Below, piece after piece: positions 12,200 through 24,888 of a stretch of DNA of 64,000 bases. Position 1 is the first letter of the stretch. Each line of letters opens with the position of its first letter. Source of the stretch: Vicugna vicugna (lineage: Eukaryota); the NCBI GenBank assembly GCA_013265495.1, contig MU062811.1, forward strand, positions 323,300-387,299. The letters run 5' to 3'. A program made the position numbers and the translations under genes. The notes under the pieces were generated by a model. The model was given only the letters and a program-made list of their open reading frames with translations, was not told where the DNA came from and searched no databases.

Positions 12200-13694
12200 A
12201 AAAGTCACTGGCATTAAACAAAAATGATAACAATGTACTTTGGGGTTATAACATATAGAAAGATAAAATGTGTGCTACCAATAGCACAAAGGCTGGGAGG
12301 AGAGGAGTGGAAGGGTTCTTATACTGTGTGTGAAGCCAGAGAGCATCACTTGATTACAAGTGAAGGACATACACTGTAAACCCTAAGGCAACCACTAAAA
12401 TAACCAAATAATTATAGCTAAGAAGTTGATGGAGGAGATAAAATAGAATCATAAAAATATACTCAGCCCAAGGGCAGGCAGAAAAACAGGGATGAGGGGA
12501 GAAATGCACACAGGACAAATAAAAAATAAATGGAAATAAGACAGAGATAACCTAGCCACATCAGCAATCACACTAAATGTAAATGGTATAAACACACCCC
12601 CCCCCGTTAAAAGGCAGAATTATCAAGTTAGATGAAAAAACAAGATGCTTTTTGCCTCCAGGGAACACACTTCAATTATGAAGACACAAATATGTTAAAA
12701 GCAAGAGGGTGGAAAGAATATATACCACATTAACCCTAATCAAAAGAAAACCAGGGTGGCTGTGTTAATCACAAAGTAGATTTCAGAACAAAGAATGTCA
12801 ACAGAGTTAAGGTTATTTCTTAACAGTAAAAAGGTCCAGAATGATAAAATGGTCCATTCAGTAGAAGGACATAAAAACCCTAAGCACCTAGTAACAGAGC
12901 CTCAAAATTCAGGAAGCAAAGATTGCAAGGAGAAACAGACAAATCCACAATCATTATCAGATTATTTCAACACACTCTCTCAATAACTGATAGACTGAGT
13001 AGACAGAAACTCAGTGGGATAGAAAATTTCAACAACATCAACTAACTTTCTTCGCTGACATTCATAGACCTCTCTCTGTTTTCTTTTCAAGTGCACTTGG
13101 AACAGGTATCAGATAAACTATATCCTGGTTCATAAAACAGATGTCAATAACTCAGAATTGATTCGAGTCATACAGATATGTTCTCTAACCACAAGGGAGT
13201 CGATTTAGGAGCCAATAAGAGAAAGATCTCTGTAAAATCCCCAAATATTTGGAAACTAAATAATATTGTGCTAAATACTTAGCATGGGTCAAAGTAGAAA
13301 TCCCACTGGAAATTAGAAAGTGAGTTGAATGACAATGAAGACACAACGCATCAACATGTGTCGGATGCCACTGATGCCGCTCTTAGCGAGACACTTACAG
13401 CACATAATGCCTCTATTAGAAAAGGAGAAGGCGCTCAAATTGATGTCCTCAGTTTCTACTCTTAGCTGCCAAAAGAAAAAGCGAATTAAGCCCAAGTAAG
13501 CATAAGAAAGGAAATAATGAAGATTACAGCCATCGATGAAACAGAAACTAGGAAAATAATTGAGGAAAAATGATGACACCAACAGCTGGTTCTTTGAGAA
13601 CATCAATAAAATTTAGCCAGACTGACCCAGAAAAAATAGAAAGGGCACACTCTCCCAGTAGCAGAAATGGGAGCAGAGACATGACTGCAAATGC

Positions 13695-14230
13695 TTTCTC
13701 CGCTGAACTGCCTTGTCTTTGTCAAGGACCAAAGACCAGATGTTCACATGCGCATGTGGGTCCAGTTCCAAGCCCTCTTCTGCTCCATTTTCTGTCTGTC
13801 TGTCTTGGACCACTGTCATGATGACTGCCTCTCCAAAATAAATCTCGGTATCAGGTCGAGTTGGTTCTCCAACTTTGCCCTTCGCTTTACAAGTTCTTAG
13901 GCTATCTAGGTATTTCACATTTCCATGGGAGTTAAACCATCGGCTCATTATTTTCTATTAAAAAGCCTGACTGGGACCAGGCTGGGAGGACTAACATCTG
14001 GACAGGGCAGTACTGAGTCTTCTGCCCCACGGTCTCGTGGCAAGTCTCTCCTCGGAGTCAAGTCTTTCCACGCCTCGCAGCAGTGTTTGCAGGTTTTCAG
14101 TGTACAGGGCTTGCAAATCTTTTGCCAGATGTATCCCTAACTATTTCATTTATTTTTAAGGTATCGTAAAAGTATTTTAAAATTTCTGTCTTGATGGTTT
14201 GTTGCTGGTATACAGAATCACACTGATGTG
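13695..14230 (-). mobile_element. L1 ORF2 fragment, antisense
   Basis: ctccaactttg...ttgttgctggtatacagaa, antisense ORF2 pattern. Confidence 0.7.
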
Positions 14231-14409
14231 GGGACCGGTGGTCTCTACAGCGTCACACAGGTTCCTGCCCCCTCGGTACACAGCTCCGGGGCATGGGTGG
14301 TCCAGGACGAGAAGAGAGGGGGCCGTTCTGCCTCGACTCTTTTTTACATGATTGTCTCCTACTTGGGCAGGTAGGTGGTGCTTTCTGACGTTTGGGGGAG
14401 AGATGACAT

Positions 14410-14830
14410 GGGCGCACCTTTGGAGGACAACTCATCAGTGCCTATAAAACATGAAATGCAGGTAACCCTAGACCCAGCCTCTGGCTTGTGGGGCTTCACC
14501 CCACGGCTCTGCTTGTCTGGGTTCAAACCCGTGGAAACGCCCGAGCTCCCGTGGCGGGCGGTCGCCAGGTGGGGCGCAGAGCATCCCTGCAGGGACATGC
14601 AGAGCCGCTCTTACAGAGGTGAGGTGGCTGCAGTGTCCTAAGGAGATGGTTTTACACAAACACGTGTAAAGTTTACATGAACGCTGGGGACTCGGCAGAG
14701 CAGAGCTGCGTGTCAGTCGTGTCACTCTCACTTTAAGAAGAGGTGTGATATACAGGGACTCTGTGTTCTGCACAGTTTTTCTGTAAACTTAAAACAGATG
14801 TAAAAAATAGAGTCTTTAAGTTTAAGGAGA
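14410..14830 (+). mobile_element. Ancient L1M 3' end
   Basis: ggactctgtgttctgcacagtttttctgtaaacttaaaac. Confidence 0.6.
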
Positions 14831-15109
14831 AAACCGAGAGGAGTGCGTGTGCTGGTCCGCTCACCTAGGTGCTGAGATGCTCCGGCAGGAACCCCGTCGT
14901 GTCTCTCTGTCCTCCACCAGCTCGGGACAGCAGCGGGCAGTCCGCACCTTGTTCTGCATGCTCTCCCCGTGTTTAGTGCAGAACCGCAGCGAGGTCCCAG
15001 GGGGAGGCCCTGGCTGAGGCACCCACTGAGTGCCCAGCCCTGGGTTTAGTGCTTTCCGGAATGTTCCGTCAGACCCACAGCACATCCGTTTGGGGGTAGG
15101 AGGTAGCTG

Positions 15110-15245
15110 ATCTTGTCCACTCATTACAGATGAAGGAAGCGAGGCACAGAGACGGTGAGTCATTTGTCTAAGATTGCCCAGCTGAGGGCAGCTGAGCCAG
15201 GATTTGAACCCAGGCTGTCTGGCTCAAGCCTGAGCCCTGAACCCT
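15110..15245 (-). mobile_element. MIR SINE
   Basis: cattacagatgaaggaagcgaggcacagaga...ggatttgaacccaggctgtctggctc. Confidence 0.8.
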
Positions 15246-16479
15246 GCCCAGACAGCATCTTTATGGCAGTGACGGCTGTGCTGTGCTGTGCTGCAGCAGG
15301 CGTGCTGTGTACAGGGCAAGCCTGGTGCTGGCTCAGAGAGGAAGCCTGCACCTGCCCCCTGGGGGGCCGTGGGCTGTTGTCCAGGGGGCAGGTATGAGTG
15401 TCCCCCACATGGCACCGAACCAGCGAGCCCAGGCATGCAGTGAGGAGCCAACCCTGTGACCCCCAGACTGGGGCCCAAGGGGCTGCCCCAGGGCCCCTTG
15501 GCAGGCAGCCAGGCCTGCAGTGTGGGCGTCACAGAGAGTAGAGCCAGGGCCTCTCCATGGCTTCGCATCATTTTCCAGCTCCGTGTGGCATTTCTTTGCT
15601 TGAAAGATGAAGGATGATCGAGTTCTTGGTGGCATTTATTCTCAATTGGTATTTAATGTATTTGCCAAGCCTGTCACTTTGAAGGGGGAGACGTCCACCC
15701 AGTAACAGTGACTCAGACCCCGGCTCCGCACCCGTGTCTGCCGGCCGCCATCTCTCCACTGGGGGGATGTGCGCCGGGCACCCTCCCCAGGCCGGGAGCA
15801 CAGGCAGCGGGAAGCCCGCCTCTGGTCCAGGGTGGGCGCTGCATCCCTGGGAACCGCGGGGCAGCGGGTGGGGGGTGGCACAAAAAGCCTCCTGCCCACC
15901 TGGGAACTTGCAGGCCCGACTCCCGTGGAGTCACTGGGCACTCAGCAGCAGGTGGGCGCCTGCTCCAGGAGGCCCCTCGCTGCCACCTGCCGGCAGCACC
16001 ACCCGGCCCCCACCAGCCTCCCCCGCATCTCGCGCTACAGCCTGGCTCCTCCATAGAGAACTCGTCCACACCCACCCCGAGCATCCCCAGAGCCACACCC
16101 GACCTCGCCGCCGCTGCTGCCAACCAAGTCCAGTGCTCCCTCACCCCTGCTCCTCCAGAACAGGCTTCCAGAAGCTTCCACAAGGAACCCTCGTGATGTC
16201 GGCCCCTCCCTTCAGGGTTAGCAGCAGGGACTTTGGAAGGGGGGCCTGGGAAGTCACTATATGATGGCATGTGTATTTTGCTTTTTATCTATCATTTATG
16301 AGCCTGAGACCAGCTGACTGCTTTGTCCCCAGCCCTCGGACAGACGTGCGTGCCAGAGGCGCACAGTAAGTGTGCAGCAAAGTAGGAAAGCTCTTAGTGT
16401 AAAATGTCTGGTAGGTAATGAGCACTTGAAATACGGGAGCTGTTAGGACCTTATGAGTCACAGGCGTGGGGCCAAGACA

Positions 16480-17095
16480 TTTACAGCCGCAGCTTTGTAA
16501 AAATGCGATGCGTTCCCACCCAAGTGTTTATAGCAACTTCATTCATAATTGCCAAAATCTGGAAGCAACCAAGATGCCCCTCAATAAAACTGTGGTACAT
16601 CCATTCAGCAGACTGTTATTCGGTGATAAAAAGAAATGAGCTATCAAGTCACAAAAAGACATGGAGGAAACTTAAATGCATGTGACTGAGGGAAAGAGGC
16701 CAATCTGAAAAGGCTGCACGCCGGATGACTCCAACATGTGGCGTTCTGGAAAAGGCAAAACGATGGAGACAGTGAAAAGATGAGTGTCTGCCGGGGGCCG
16801 GGGAGGAGGAGGGTGAACAGGTGGAGCACAGTGGAGTTTGAGGGCAGGGAAGCGATTCTGTAGGGCGATGCACTGGCAGACACCTGACGGGCGCGTCTGT
16901 GGAAACCCATGCAACGTACAAGAGCCAGAGCGAAGCTGTGAACTGTGGACTTCAGTTAATCGCGTGTCAGTATCGGTTCACCGATTGTAACAAGGTGTGA
17001 ATAACGGGAGGGTGGGGGGAGGGCTCGCTCTCCCATCTGCTCAATTTCTCTGTAAACCTAAAAATGTTCCAAAATATAAAACTCGGAATTCAAAT
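16480..17095 (+). mobile_element. L1MB/MC 3' end
   Basis: tggaagcaaccaagatgccc...aaaagaaatgagctatcaagtc...caatttctctgtaaacctaaaa. Confidence 0.85.
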
Positions 17096-18252
17096 GAAAT
17101 ACAATCATGTACATCCTCCCCAGGCCTGACTTGTGGCCAGGGTAGGATTCTTAAGGAATCCATCACCCAAAGAGGACAGGAAAGAGAGGCAGCCCTGCAA
17201 CCTTCCACAGAGTTCCACAGGGGGGTGACCAGACTGTGTCGCTGACCTTCCAGTCCATCTAGGGACAACCCCCTTCGCCCCCACCAGAGCCGAGGTCCCG
17301 GGAGGAAAGCCGGGCGTCCAGAAGTGGCTGGCAGGTCCAGGAGGTGCAGGTGATTCCTTCAGTGGAAGGTTGCAGGCCTGGTGTTTCCCTGTGCAGCTCT
17401 GGGAAGGCGCCCGTGGACCCAGGAGCTCCTGGCAGACAAGCACAGGCTGCTAATGCCACCTGCCCCCCTCTCAAGGAGAAATCACTTTAAGGCCATCACC
17501 CAAGCTGAGGACGTCCTGCCCCCAGCGGTCCCCATCCCCTCAGTGGCCCCAGGCTGTTTCAGATTCTCCTCCACAGCTTTATTCAAGTCGCCCCTTCCCT
17601 GCCACACACTGTCTTGCTGTCCACTAGGCCCGCAGCCTCCTCTTCTGGGGAGCACAGCTCGACACCACTGCCCAGATGCTCGTGTCCTGCAGTCAGGTTT
17701 GCCCGTGTGCCTGAGCTCCCGTCCCATGACCAGAGCTCCCTGCACCACCTCCACACTCTCCAGCCACCCACTGCATGGATGCAGACGGGCCCCAAGCCCA
17801 GAAGCTCCAGGTTGAAAACAGTAGCACCCGGGACCCTGAGTCGCTCCTTGGAAGTGAGCTGTCACCTCTCAGGACCTTGCAGGACGAGAAATAGCTTCTG
17901 ACGAGACTGAGCTCTTGGTCATGAGGGAGCACTGGTTTTAGCAGTGGGTGCTCAGGGACACATCATGTAGGCTGACTTTGAGCCCAAGTCGCCCAGGTGG
18001 CCACTGAAACCAAATATGGCAGAGGCAGGAGGGACCCCGATGTCCTCCCATTTAGCCCACTCGATGCCCCAGAGAGGGAACGTGTCTCGCCAAAGATCAC
18101 AAAGCCGTATGTGGAAGGGCAGGGTGCCTGGGGTCCTGACCCTGATTCACGGCCCTACCCCACGCATCACGTGCACGTGACCTCCAGCAAGAGAGGAGAC
18201 AGGAGAGGAGCTAGCACGAGCGGTCAGGATGAGAGAAGGAATTGTTGGAGAT

Positions 18253-18631
18253 TGTCATGGGCTGAAGTGTGTCCCCCCCAAATTCATATACTGAAGCCCT
18301 GACCCCCGGCACCTCAGTGTGAGANNNNNNNNNNNNNNNNNNNNNNNNNNNNNNNNNNNNNNNNNNNNNNNNNNNNNNNNNNNNNNNNNNNNNNNNNNNN
18401 NNNNNNNNNNNNNNNNNNNNNNNNNNNNNNNNNNNNNNNNNNNNNNNNNNNNNNNNNNNAGGACGCGGAAGAAGACGGCCGTCTCCACGCCAGGGAGAGA
18501 GGCCCCGGGAGGAGCCGGGCCTGCCCACGGCTGGGCCTCAGACTCCTGCCTCCAGGACTGGGAGACAATAAGTCCTGTTTAAGCCGCCTGGGTTGTGGGA
18601 CTTTGGTGTAGCAGCCAGAGCTGGTCACACA
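18253..18631 (+). mobile_element. MLT1 solo LTR interrupted by an assembly gap
   Basis: TGtcatgggctgaagtgtgtcccccc...gcagccagagctggtcacaCA; 5-bp TSD gagat/gagac. Confidence 0.85.
18325..18459. other. Assembly gap (135 N)
   Basis: Run of N. Confidence 1.
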
Positions 18632-20544
18632 GAGACCGTCAGAACTGGGTCCAGGTAGAGGGCGGCTGGACCCAGGTCATCCTGTCCCAAAACCCACATG
18701 CGGGGAAAACATCCCAGTCCCCCGGGACGTGGCTGGCCCCTTGATCATCTTGCATTATCGGAGGTGTCCGCGCTCTGCCCACGCGCCCCGTGAGACCCTG
18801 TAGGCCATAGGTTTAATTAACGCCCCGCAACAAGCCCTGGGGCTGCCTGAGGTGACCTGCTGTTTTCCCAGAGCCCCCCCCACTCCATGGGCCCAGGTAG
18901 AAAGTGATGAATTGCCTTCCAGGATGAGACCGGTGCTTCAGAAATGAGGCATCTCATCCCCTTTGAGAGTTAATTGTTTGCTTTGGGGATTAATTTTTCA
19001 GTTGTTGCCCTCGAGTCAAAGCGCTTGATAAATTACTCGTCATGGTGTGGGACACGCCGGAGCTAACCTGAGCTACAGACCTCCCAGGCTGGGCTCTGAC
19101 ACCCAGCCCACGTCCGCTCCAGCAGGTGCTCATGCGTGCAGTCAGCTGCAGACCCCTCCTGGGCTCCACCAGGCAGGCCCGCACCGACCTCCTGATGCTC
19201 GGCCTGGGCTGGACACTCCCAGCGGTTTTACTGCATCCCCTGCTCCTGGCAAGGCCAGCACAGACACCTGTGTTAGGGAGCCAAGTTGGGAGCAGGCGGG
19301 GCGGTGGGCAGGGCCGTGCACTTTAGGACACTGCGAAAGCTGGAGCCACCCTCGCGGCCCTCCCCAGGCGCAGGGGTGAGGGGTCTTCACCCCATCACCG
19401 ATCCCCACGTCTCCATGCCTCTGCGGTCCCGCTGCTGAAGGCAGTGCGTGTTTCCCACCGCCGCAGCCGGGAGTCTGTGTCAGCATCCCGTCAGTGGGTG
19501 GAAGCTGCTCTTAGGAAGGAAGAATCAGGTCCTCGGTTTGAGCACTTTTGGCCACCCCTCCCCCCACCCCCATCAGCCAGGGGGCCGGTAACCAAGCAAT
19601 GTTGTTGACAGAGGTCCCAAATCAGGGGCAGCCTCAGGGAAGGTCATGGCCAGGGTAGGGGAGCCCAGGTCCTGCCTCCTGTGTGCAGCCCCTCAAGGAG
19701 GGGCAGCCACTGGGTGATCAGAGCAGAAGCCAGCGTGAACGCTGGTGGCGGTGGACAGCCTGCCGTCTCCCCGGCTGAGACCGTGTGCAACTTTACAAGC
19801 CTGCGTCTGGGGTCTGGGTGGGCAGATTACCGATACGGTATCACGAATATAATCTGCGGCGCCGTCAGGACGGGGCAGGCGCTGCTGTCCTGCCGGCCGG
19901 GCTCAGAGCTGGACCAGAGCTTCTGGGCCTTTGCCAGCGGTTCCTCCTGGGGAGCCGGGATGTCGGCATGTGGTGAGAATGATGCACAAAACGCAGTTCT
20001 GAGCCCTTGACCTGCACATGTCGGTGTTAACGGTCCACGGAAGTGGGAGGCCTTCCAAAAGCACAGTTCTCCAGGGGATCCCTGGAGAGTCAGCCACGCT
20101 GGGAGCCCCCTCCACCCCTCCCGGATGAGGCAGCCCCGTGCTGGGGGTCCCCCACACCCCAGCCAGTGACCTTGGGCAGATCATGTCCCAGGGGAGCCCC
20201 AGGCTGCCGCTCCCACGCTGCCCTCTGCCCATGGGACAGTGGCCGTCGACTTGCTTTGCAGTGTCAGAGAGGGCCGTCCTCACGGCCTAGTGTCCGGCAC
20301 CTCGGGGTGAGGGTGCTTCTAGGCCCTAAGAAAATGGGGCACCTTTCTGGGCCATCAAGTTTGGGGCCCGCATGACGAGGACCAGCATGCTTGTGGACTT
20401 GGTGGGAGACACCTCAAGTTAAGTAGAAAGGACTGTGGCTTCTCCCAGGGGAGCTGCCTGGGCCAGGGCCGGGGCCTAACACCAGGCCACGACGGCCGGC
20501 CCGTCCTGGTCCTCAGGGCGAGTGAGGGCTCGCTCCCGTGAAGT

Positions 20545-21560
20545 TGTAGCGCAGGGAGAGTTCTCCTCGACCTTCTAGGGACCCTGGCTGGGTCTGAGAA
20601 TTAAACTGTTAGAGGCAGATGAACAGGAGAAGGCACAGAAATCTGACAGCCTCCGCGAGAGACTGAGAAACTGAAAAAGTGTCCGGGACGAAGTTCTTAC
20701 ACCTTTTAGACAAACGACGAATTTGGGAAGAACTGAGAAGGCAAAGGGTGTGGGGTAGTGAACGTGGGGAGCAGCCGGGAGACGAGGGGTCATTTAACAA
20801 GGTTGCTTGTACAGATTTCTCTTTGCACAGAGGCTCTGGGGGAGCCCCCTTCCTGCCCCGTCCAGCTTCTGGGTGTGGCCACGTCACCTCTGTCTCTGCT
20901 CCCGTGGTCACGTGGCCTCCTTCCCTGTGGGTATGTCCAAGTTCTCTTCTTATAAAGACCCCGGGTACCGGATTAGGACCCGTCCTAACGACCTCACCTT
21001 AATCCAATTACACCTGCAAAGACCCTGTGCCCCTGTCCTCGGCCCCCTGAAAGCGCACGCTCAGAGGTGCCTGGGCTTAGAACGCAGGAGGCACACCGTT
21101 CAGCCACAGCGCCCCTTCTGGGGGCCGGGCGGGCCGTGTCCCAGGCAGTAGAAGAATTTACAAAGACAAAGGAGAGTTTAAGAACCAAAGGAAAGTTTAA
21201 CAGAGACGCTGCTGCAGGCAACAGCGGGCCACAGAGACAAGAGGTGCCTGTGTGAGCCCGCAGGGTGAACGTGCAGGGTCTTTGGGGGGCGCTGCCTGGT
21301 CAGCTCGTGCACTGGTGCCTGGCTGGTTCCAGGTGAGCGAAGACTGGTCAGGGGCTACTCTGAATAATGGGGTTTAGGACCAGTACGGGCGGCAGGATGC
21401 ATCGTCAGGCCTGCTGGCCTCGGCTGCGGTGAGACTGGCTGTTTCCAGGGGCGGTTAGCTCTGCTCGGGCAAGCGCGTGTCAGAAAAGCGTGGGTGTGCT
21501 TTGTTTTTTGAGGGATTGCAGGCGGTCGTGTGAGAGCCCAGGAGTTGGGGTCGCGGGCCC
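20545..21560 (-). mobile_element. Cluster of LTR fragments: ERV1-like (20545-20825), MLT1 (20826-21110), ERV-like (21150-21560)
   Basis: Recognisable LTR blocks, e.g. cacctttagacaaac...taacaaggttg and ccggattaggaccc...ccaattacacctgcaaagaccctg. Confidence 0.6.
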
Positions 21561-23971
21561 CAGCAGACACCAGTTGGCACCTCAGACCCCTGATCCCGGC
21601 ACCAAGGATACAGCGCTTCCCTGAAAGGCCACACCCAGAGCCCTGCAGGGGCCCAGCCAGTCCGGACACAGAATCCCCGCCTGCCACCTGCTGGGGGGAG
21701 AGCGGTGTGAGAGGATGAGGCTCCAGCACACGTTGATCAGAGGTGCTGACCCCCCGGGGCCTGCCCTGAGGATGCTCCCAGCAGCCCCGCTGCATCCCGT
21801 GAGACGGAGCGGGCAGGAGATGGCAGGCGTGTCCAGTTTTGCGAGCTCATCCTGCCCGGAGCTGATAACCAGCTGCGGAGCTCAGACGTGGGCTTCCAGG
21901 GGCTTGATGAGAGCTTTTAAATAATCTGTTTTCATTTTGATTGTCCATTTAAACCGTTGTGGGGACAGAGCCTCCCTTGAGCAGAGATGATCTGCATTGG
22001 GAAGACAGTTACCCCGAATATAATTCAAGTCTTTCAAGTCGGTTATGCCAGCTGGGGTCACCAGGGAGATTTTCTTTTCCAAGGGGGTCTGTCCCTTCCT
22101 CAAGGCTGAGGAAGAGCGGTAATACTTGAATGCACACCTCCACCAGACCCCGTGCGGAAAAGGGGGCGGGCGCAGATCCAGCTGAGGCAGGATTTGCCCA
22201 GAAGTCTCTGCAGCTGGAGGGACCTGGGTGGGGTGGGAGGGCGGCCAGAGAGGTGCGCACTCTGCTCTGACTGGACCGGACCGGGGGCAGGGGCTTGTTG
22301 AGACAGTGACGTGACATACGTGGGAGGAAGCTGATCTGCCGTTCGAGGCGGCACCGGAGGAGTGCTCAGGACTCTGGAGGCCTGGTCTGTCCCTGTACCT
22401 GGTCATGGCGGCCGGGGCAGGGCCGCGCTCCTGATGGGGAAGCACAGCGGACAGACCAGGCCTGCGGCATAGGTCTCCCCAGGCTCTGCTCCACCTCCGC
22501 TGCCTGGGCTCCCCGCTGGGACCAACCTTTCCAGTGTTGTGTTGGAGATGTTCCTCCAGCCCTGGGGCCTCCCTGCCCTTGGGCCCACCCCCATCCCGGA
22601 AAGGACCTGCAGCAGCTCTGGACCTCAGGCTGGGCAGACCCACAGCCCCTGGGGCGCCTGTGACTCTCCCCTTGGTCTCTGCCAGCTCAGAAGGATGCGG
22701 CCCCCACCAGGCTCCTGGCAGGGACACGGGCAACAAAGGTGACGGCCGCCCCCGTGGCTCGCCCCCACCTGCACCTCGCAGGGCTCCGTTCTGGACCCAG
22801 AAGCCAGGTGGGGTCTTGGGGTGGCCCTTTGCATTCTCTCCTTTGTCGCCCAGCGAGCTCGGGGCAGGCTGAGGTCACCCTTTCAGGTGGAATAGAAACT
22901 AAATATTTGGTCCTGGTCTTCAGTCACTGGCCCGGAGCTCCTAAGACTCTTGGAATTTAGGTCACTGGGGCAGTTGGCGCCCAAGTCACTGCAGGGGTGG
23001 CAGCCCTGCCTCTGGTCCTAGGACCATCCTGAGCCTGGTGGCTGCCCTGGTCCAGGCAGAGGGAAGAGGCATCGGGGGACGTGTTCACCGTGGCCTAAGG
23101 TGGCACAGGGAGGACCTGGGCCTGAAGGTCCCCCTTGGGGCTCATCCTGCTCTCTCGGCAGCTCAGAGATGGGCACTGAGATTGACCTGTTTTACAGACT
23201 GGGAAACTGAGGCACGGAACTGTGCCCTGGCACCAGGCCTCTGCTGGACGCGGAGAGCGAGGACTTGAGCCTGCCCATCGTCCACGGCCGGGGCGCCCCT
23301 CCTGGGCAGGTGCGGAGAGGGTGACCAGGCCAGATTTCCCGACGGACGTACTTCCTGGCTTCTTCCAGGGAGCGGTCCTGCCGAGCTGAGCCTTGTTGGC
23401 TAACCGCCTCCCATTGACGACAGATCGGGCATGCAGCTCCTCAGTGCCCTCCTCTGAACTGAGTCTCCCGACGTCTCAAACTGCAGGTCCAGGAAGCACA
23501 TCCCACTGTCCTGGGGGAGCTCGGCCGGCACCCCCACTGGGCCAGTCGAGGGCTCTGAGAGGGGTCTTCCAATCACCCAGCTGAGATCCTCCAAGTGGAG
23601 GGACAGTCGGCCCATGAGACCCTGGAGAAGCCCCACCCCCAGGAACACCTCCCAGCGGGGAGGCTAAGGCTGGGGTGCACGGGGAACTAGCGAGAAGGCT
23701 CAGTGCGAACGCAGGCAGGGTTCAGGCTGTGTGACCAGAGTTCGCTGTACGGAACAGTTTCTATAGGAAATGGTTTTCTGGGGGGGGCACTTCTGAGTCC
23801 TTAGCAGGTCTTCCCAGGCCTTTGTTGGGGCCAAGGGGGTGGTTCGTGCTCCAGGGAACATCCAGGAGCTGCTGGGAGGAGCGGAGGAGCTGAAGAGCCG
23901 CAGAGGGAGGAACGGGGAGGGTCCGGAGCCCTGCCGGCCTGTGTCCCCCGGAGGCGGGGCTGAGCGCAGTC

Positions 23972-24415
23972 TGGATGAGTTTCCTGGGGTAGCCGGAACA
24001 AAGGGTCACCAACTGTGGCTTCATACAACGGAATGTTCTTTTCTCCCAGTTCTGGAGGCTGGGCATCTGAGATCCAGGTGCAGGCAGGGCCCCGCTCCCT
24101 CCAGAGGCTCGGGGGGAGGGTCCCTCCTGCCCCTCCCAGCCTCTGCAGCTCCAAGTTCTCCTGGCTTATGGCCGCGTCCCTCCAATCTTCGCCTCCATCA
24201 CTCGGCCTCTCCTCTCGCTGTGTCTTCTCTTAGTCCTTATAGGGACATCAGTCGTTGAACTTAGGACCCACCCCAATAATACAGGATGGTCTCGTCTTAA
24301 GATCTTTGCCCTTCGTTACATCTGCAGAGACCCTTTTTCCAGATAAGGTCACATTCACAGGTACCTGAATTAGGACGCGCACAGAGCCTTCTGGAGGCCA
24401 CTCAACTCACCACCT
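23972..24415 (-). mobile_element. MLT1 solo LTR
   Basis: cccagttctggaggctgggcatctgagatccaggtg...acatctgcagagaccctttttccagataaggtcacattcacagg. Confidence 0.85.
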
Positions 24416-24696
24416 AGTTTTTCATCGTAACCTCCCTCCCCACCAGTCACTGAGGACCAGTCTGCCAAGTCACTGTGGGAGACTGGGAGACAGCCCCCTG
24501 GCACTGCCGTGGACTCGGTGGCTCTCGCACAGAGGAGCCAGGTGGGTCCTGGGTGGTAAAGCCCCTCCAGCCACCATCACCAGGGTGTGCGAGAGCCTCT
24601 GAGCAAGGAAGCGCCTCCCCCCTCACCGTGGGCCCCACCCTGTGCAGCCACTCCAGAACCGCCGGTGCCTTCCAGCACGGCCACCCTCCCCCAGAG

Positions 24697-24888
24697 CAGG
24701 GTCAGCCCGGCACCCGACGCTCAGGGCTGAGTGACTCTGTGTCGTGGGGCTGTCCTGTGCACAGTGGGATGTCCTGCAGTATCCCTGGCCTCTGCCCCCT
24801 AGATGCCAGCAGTGTCCTTCGCCTGGAACAACCAGTGCTGGCTCCAGACGTCACCAAATGGCCCCGCAGTTGCCCAGGTGAAACCACC
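24697..24888 (-). mobile_element. MER20 (hAT-Charlie) DNA transposon
   Basis: ggggctgtcctgtgcac...tccctggcctctgccccctagatgccag...ctccagac. Confidence 0.8.

Larger units (their letters stand above)
9165..13695 (+). mobile_element. Ancient L1M (5' UTR, ORF1 and start of ORF2), degenerate, with nested insertions
   Basis: A-rich ORF1-like tract (agagacatggaag...gaaaact...gagatga...agacattggagaagaaagg) and endonuclease-region remnants; no intact ORF. Confidence 0.75.
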
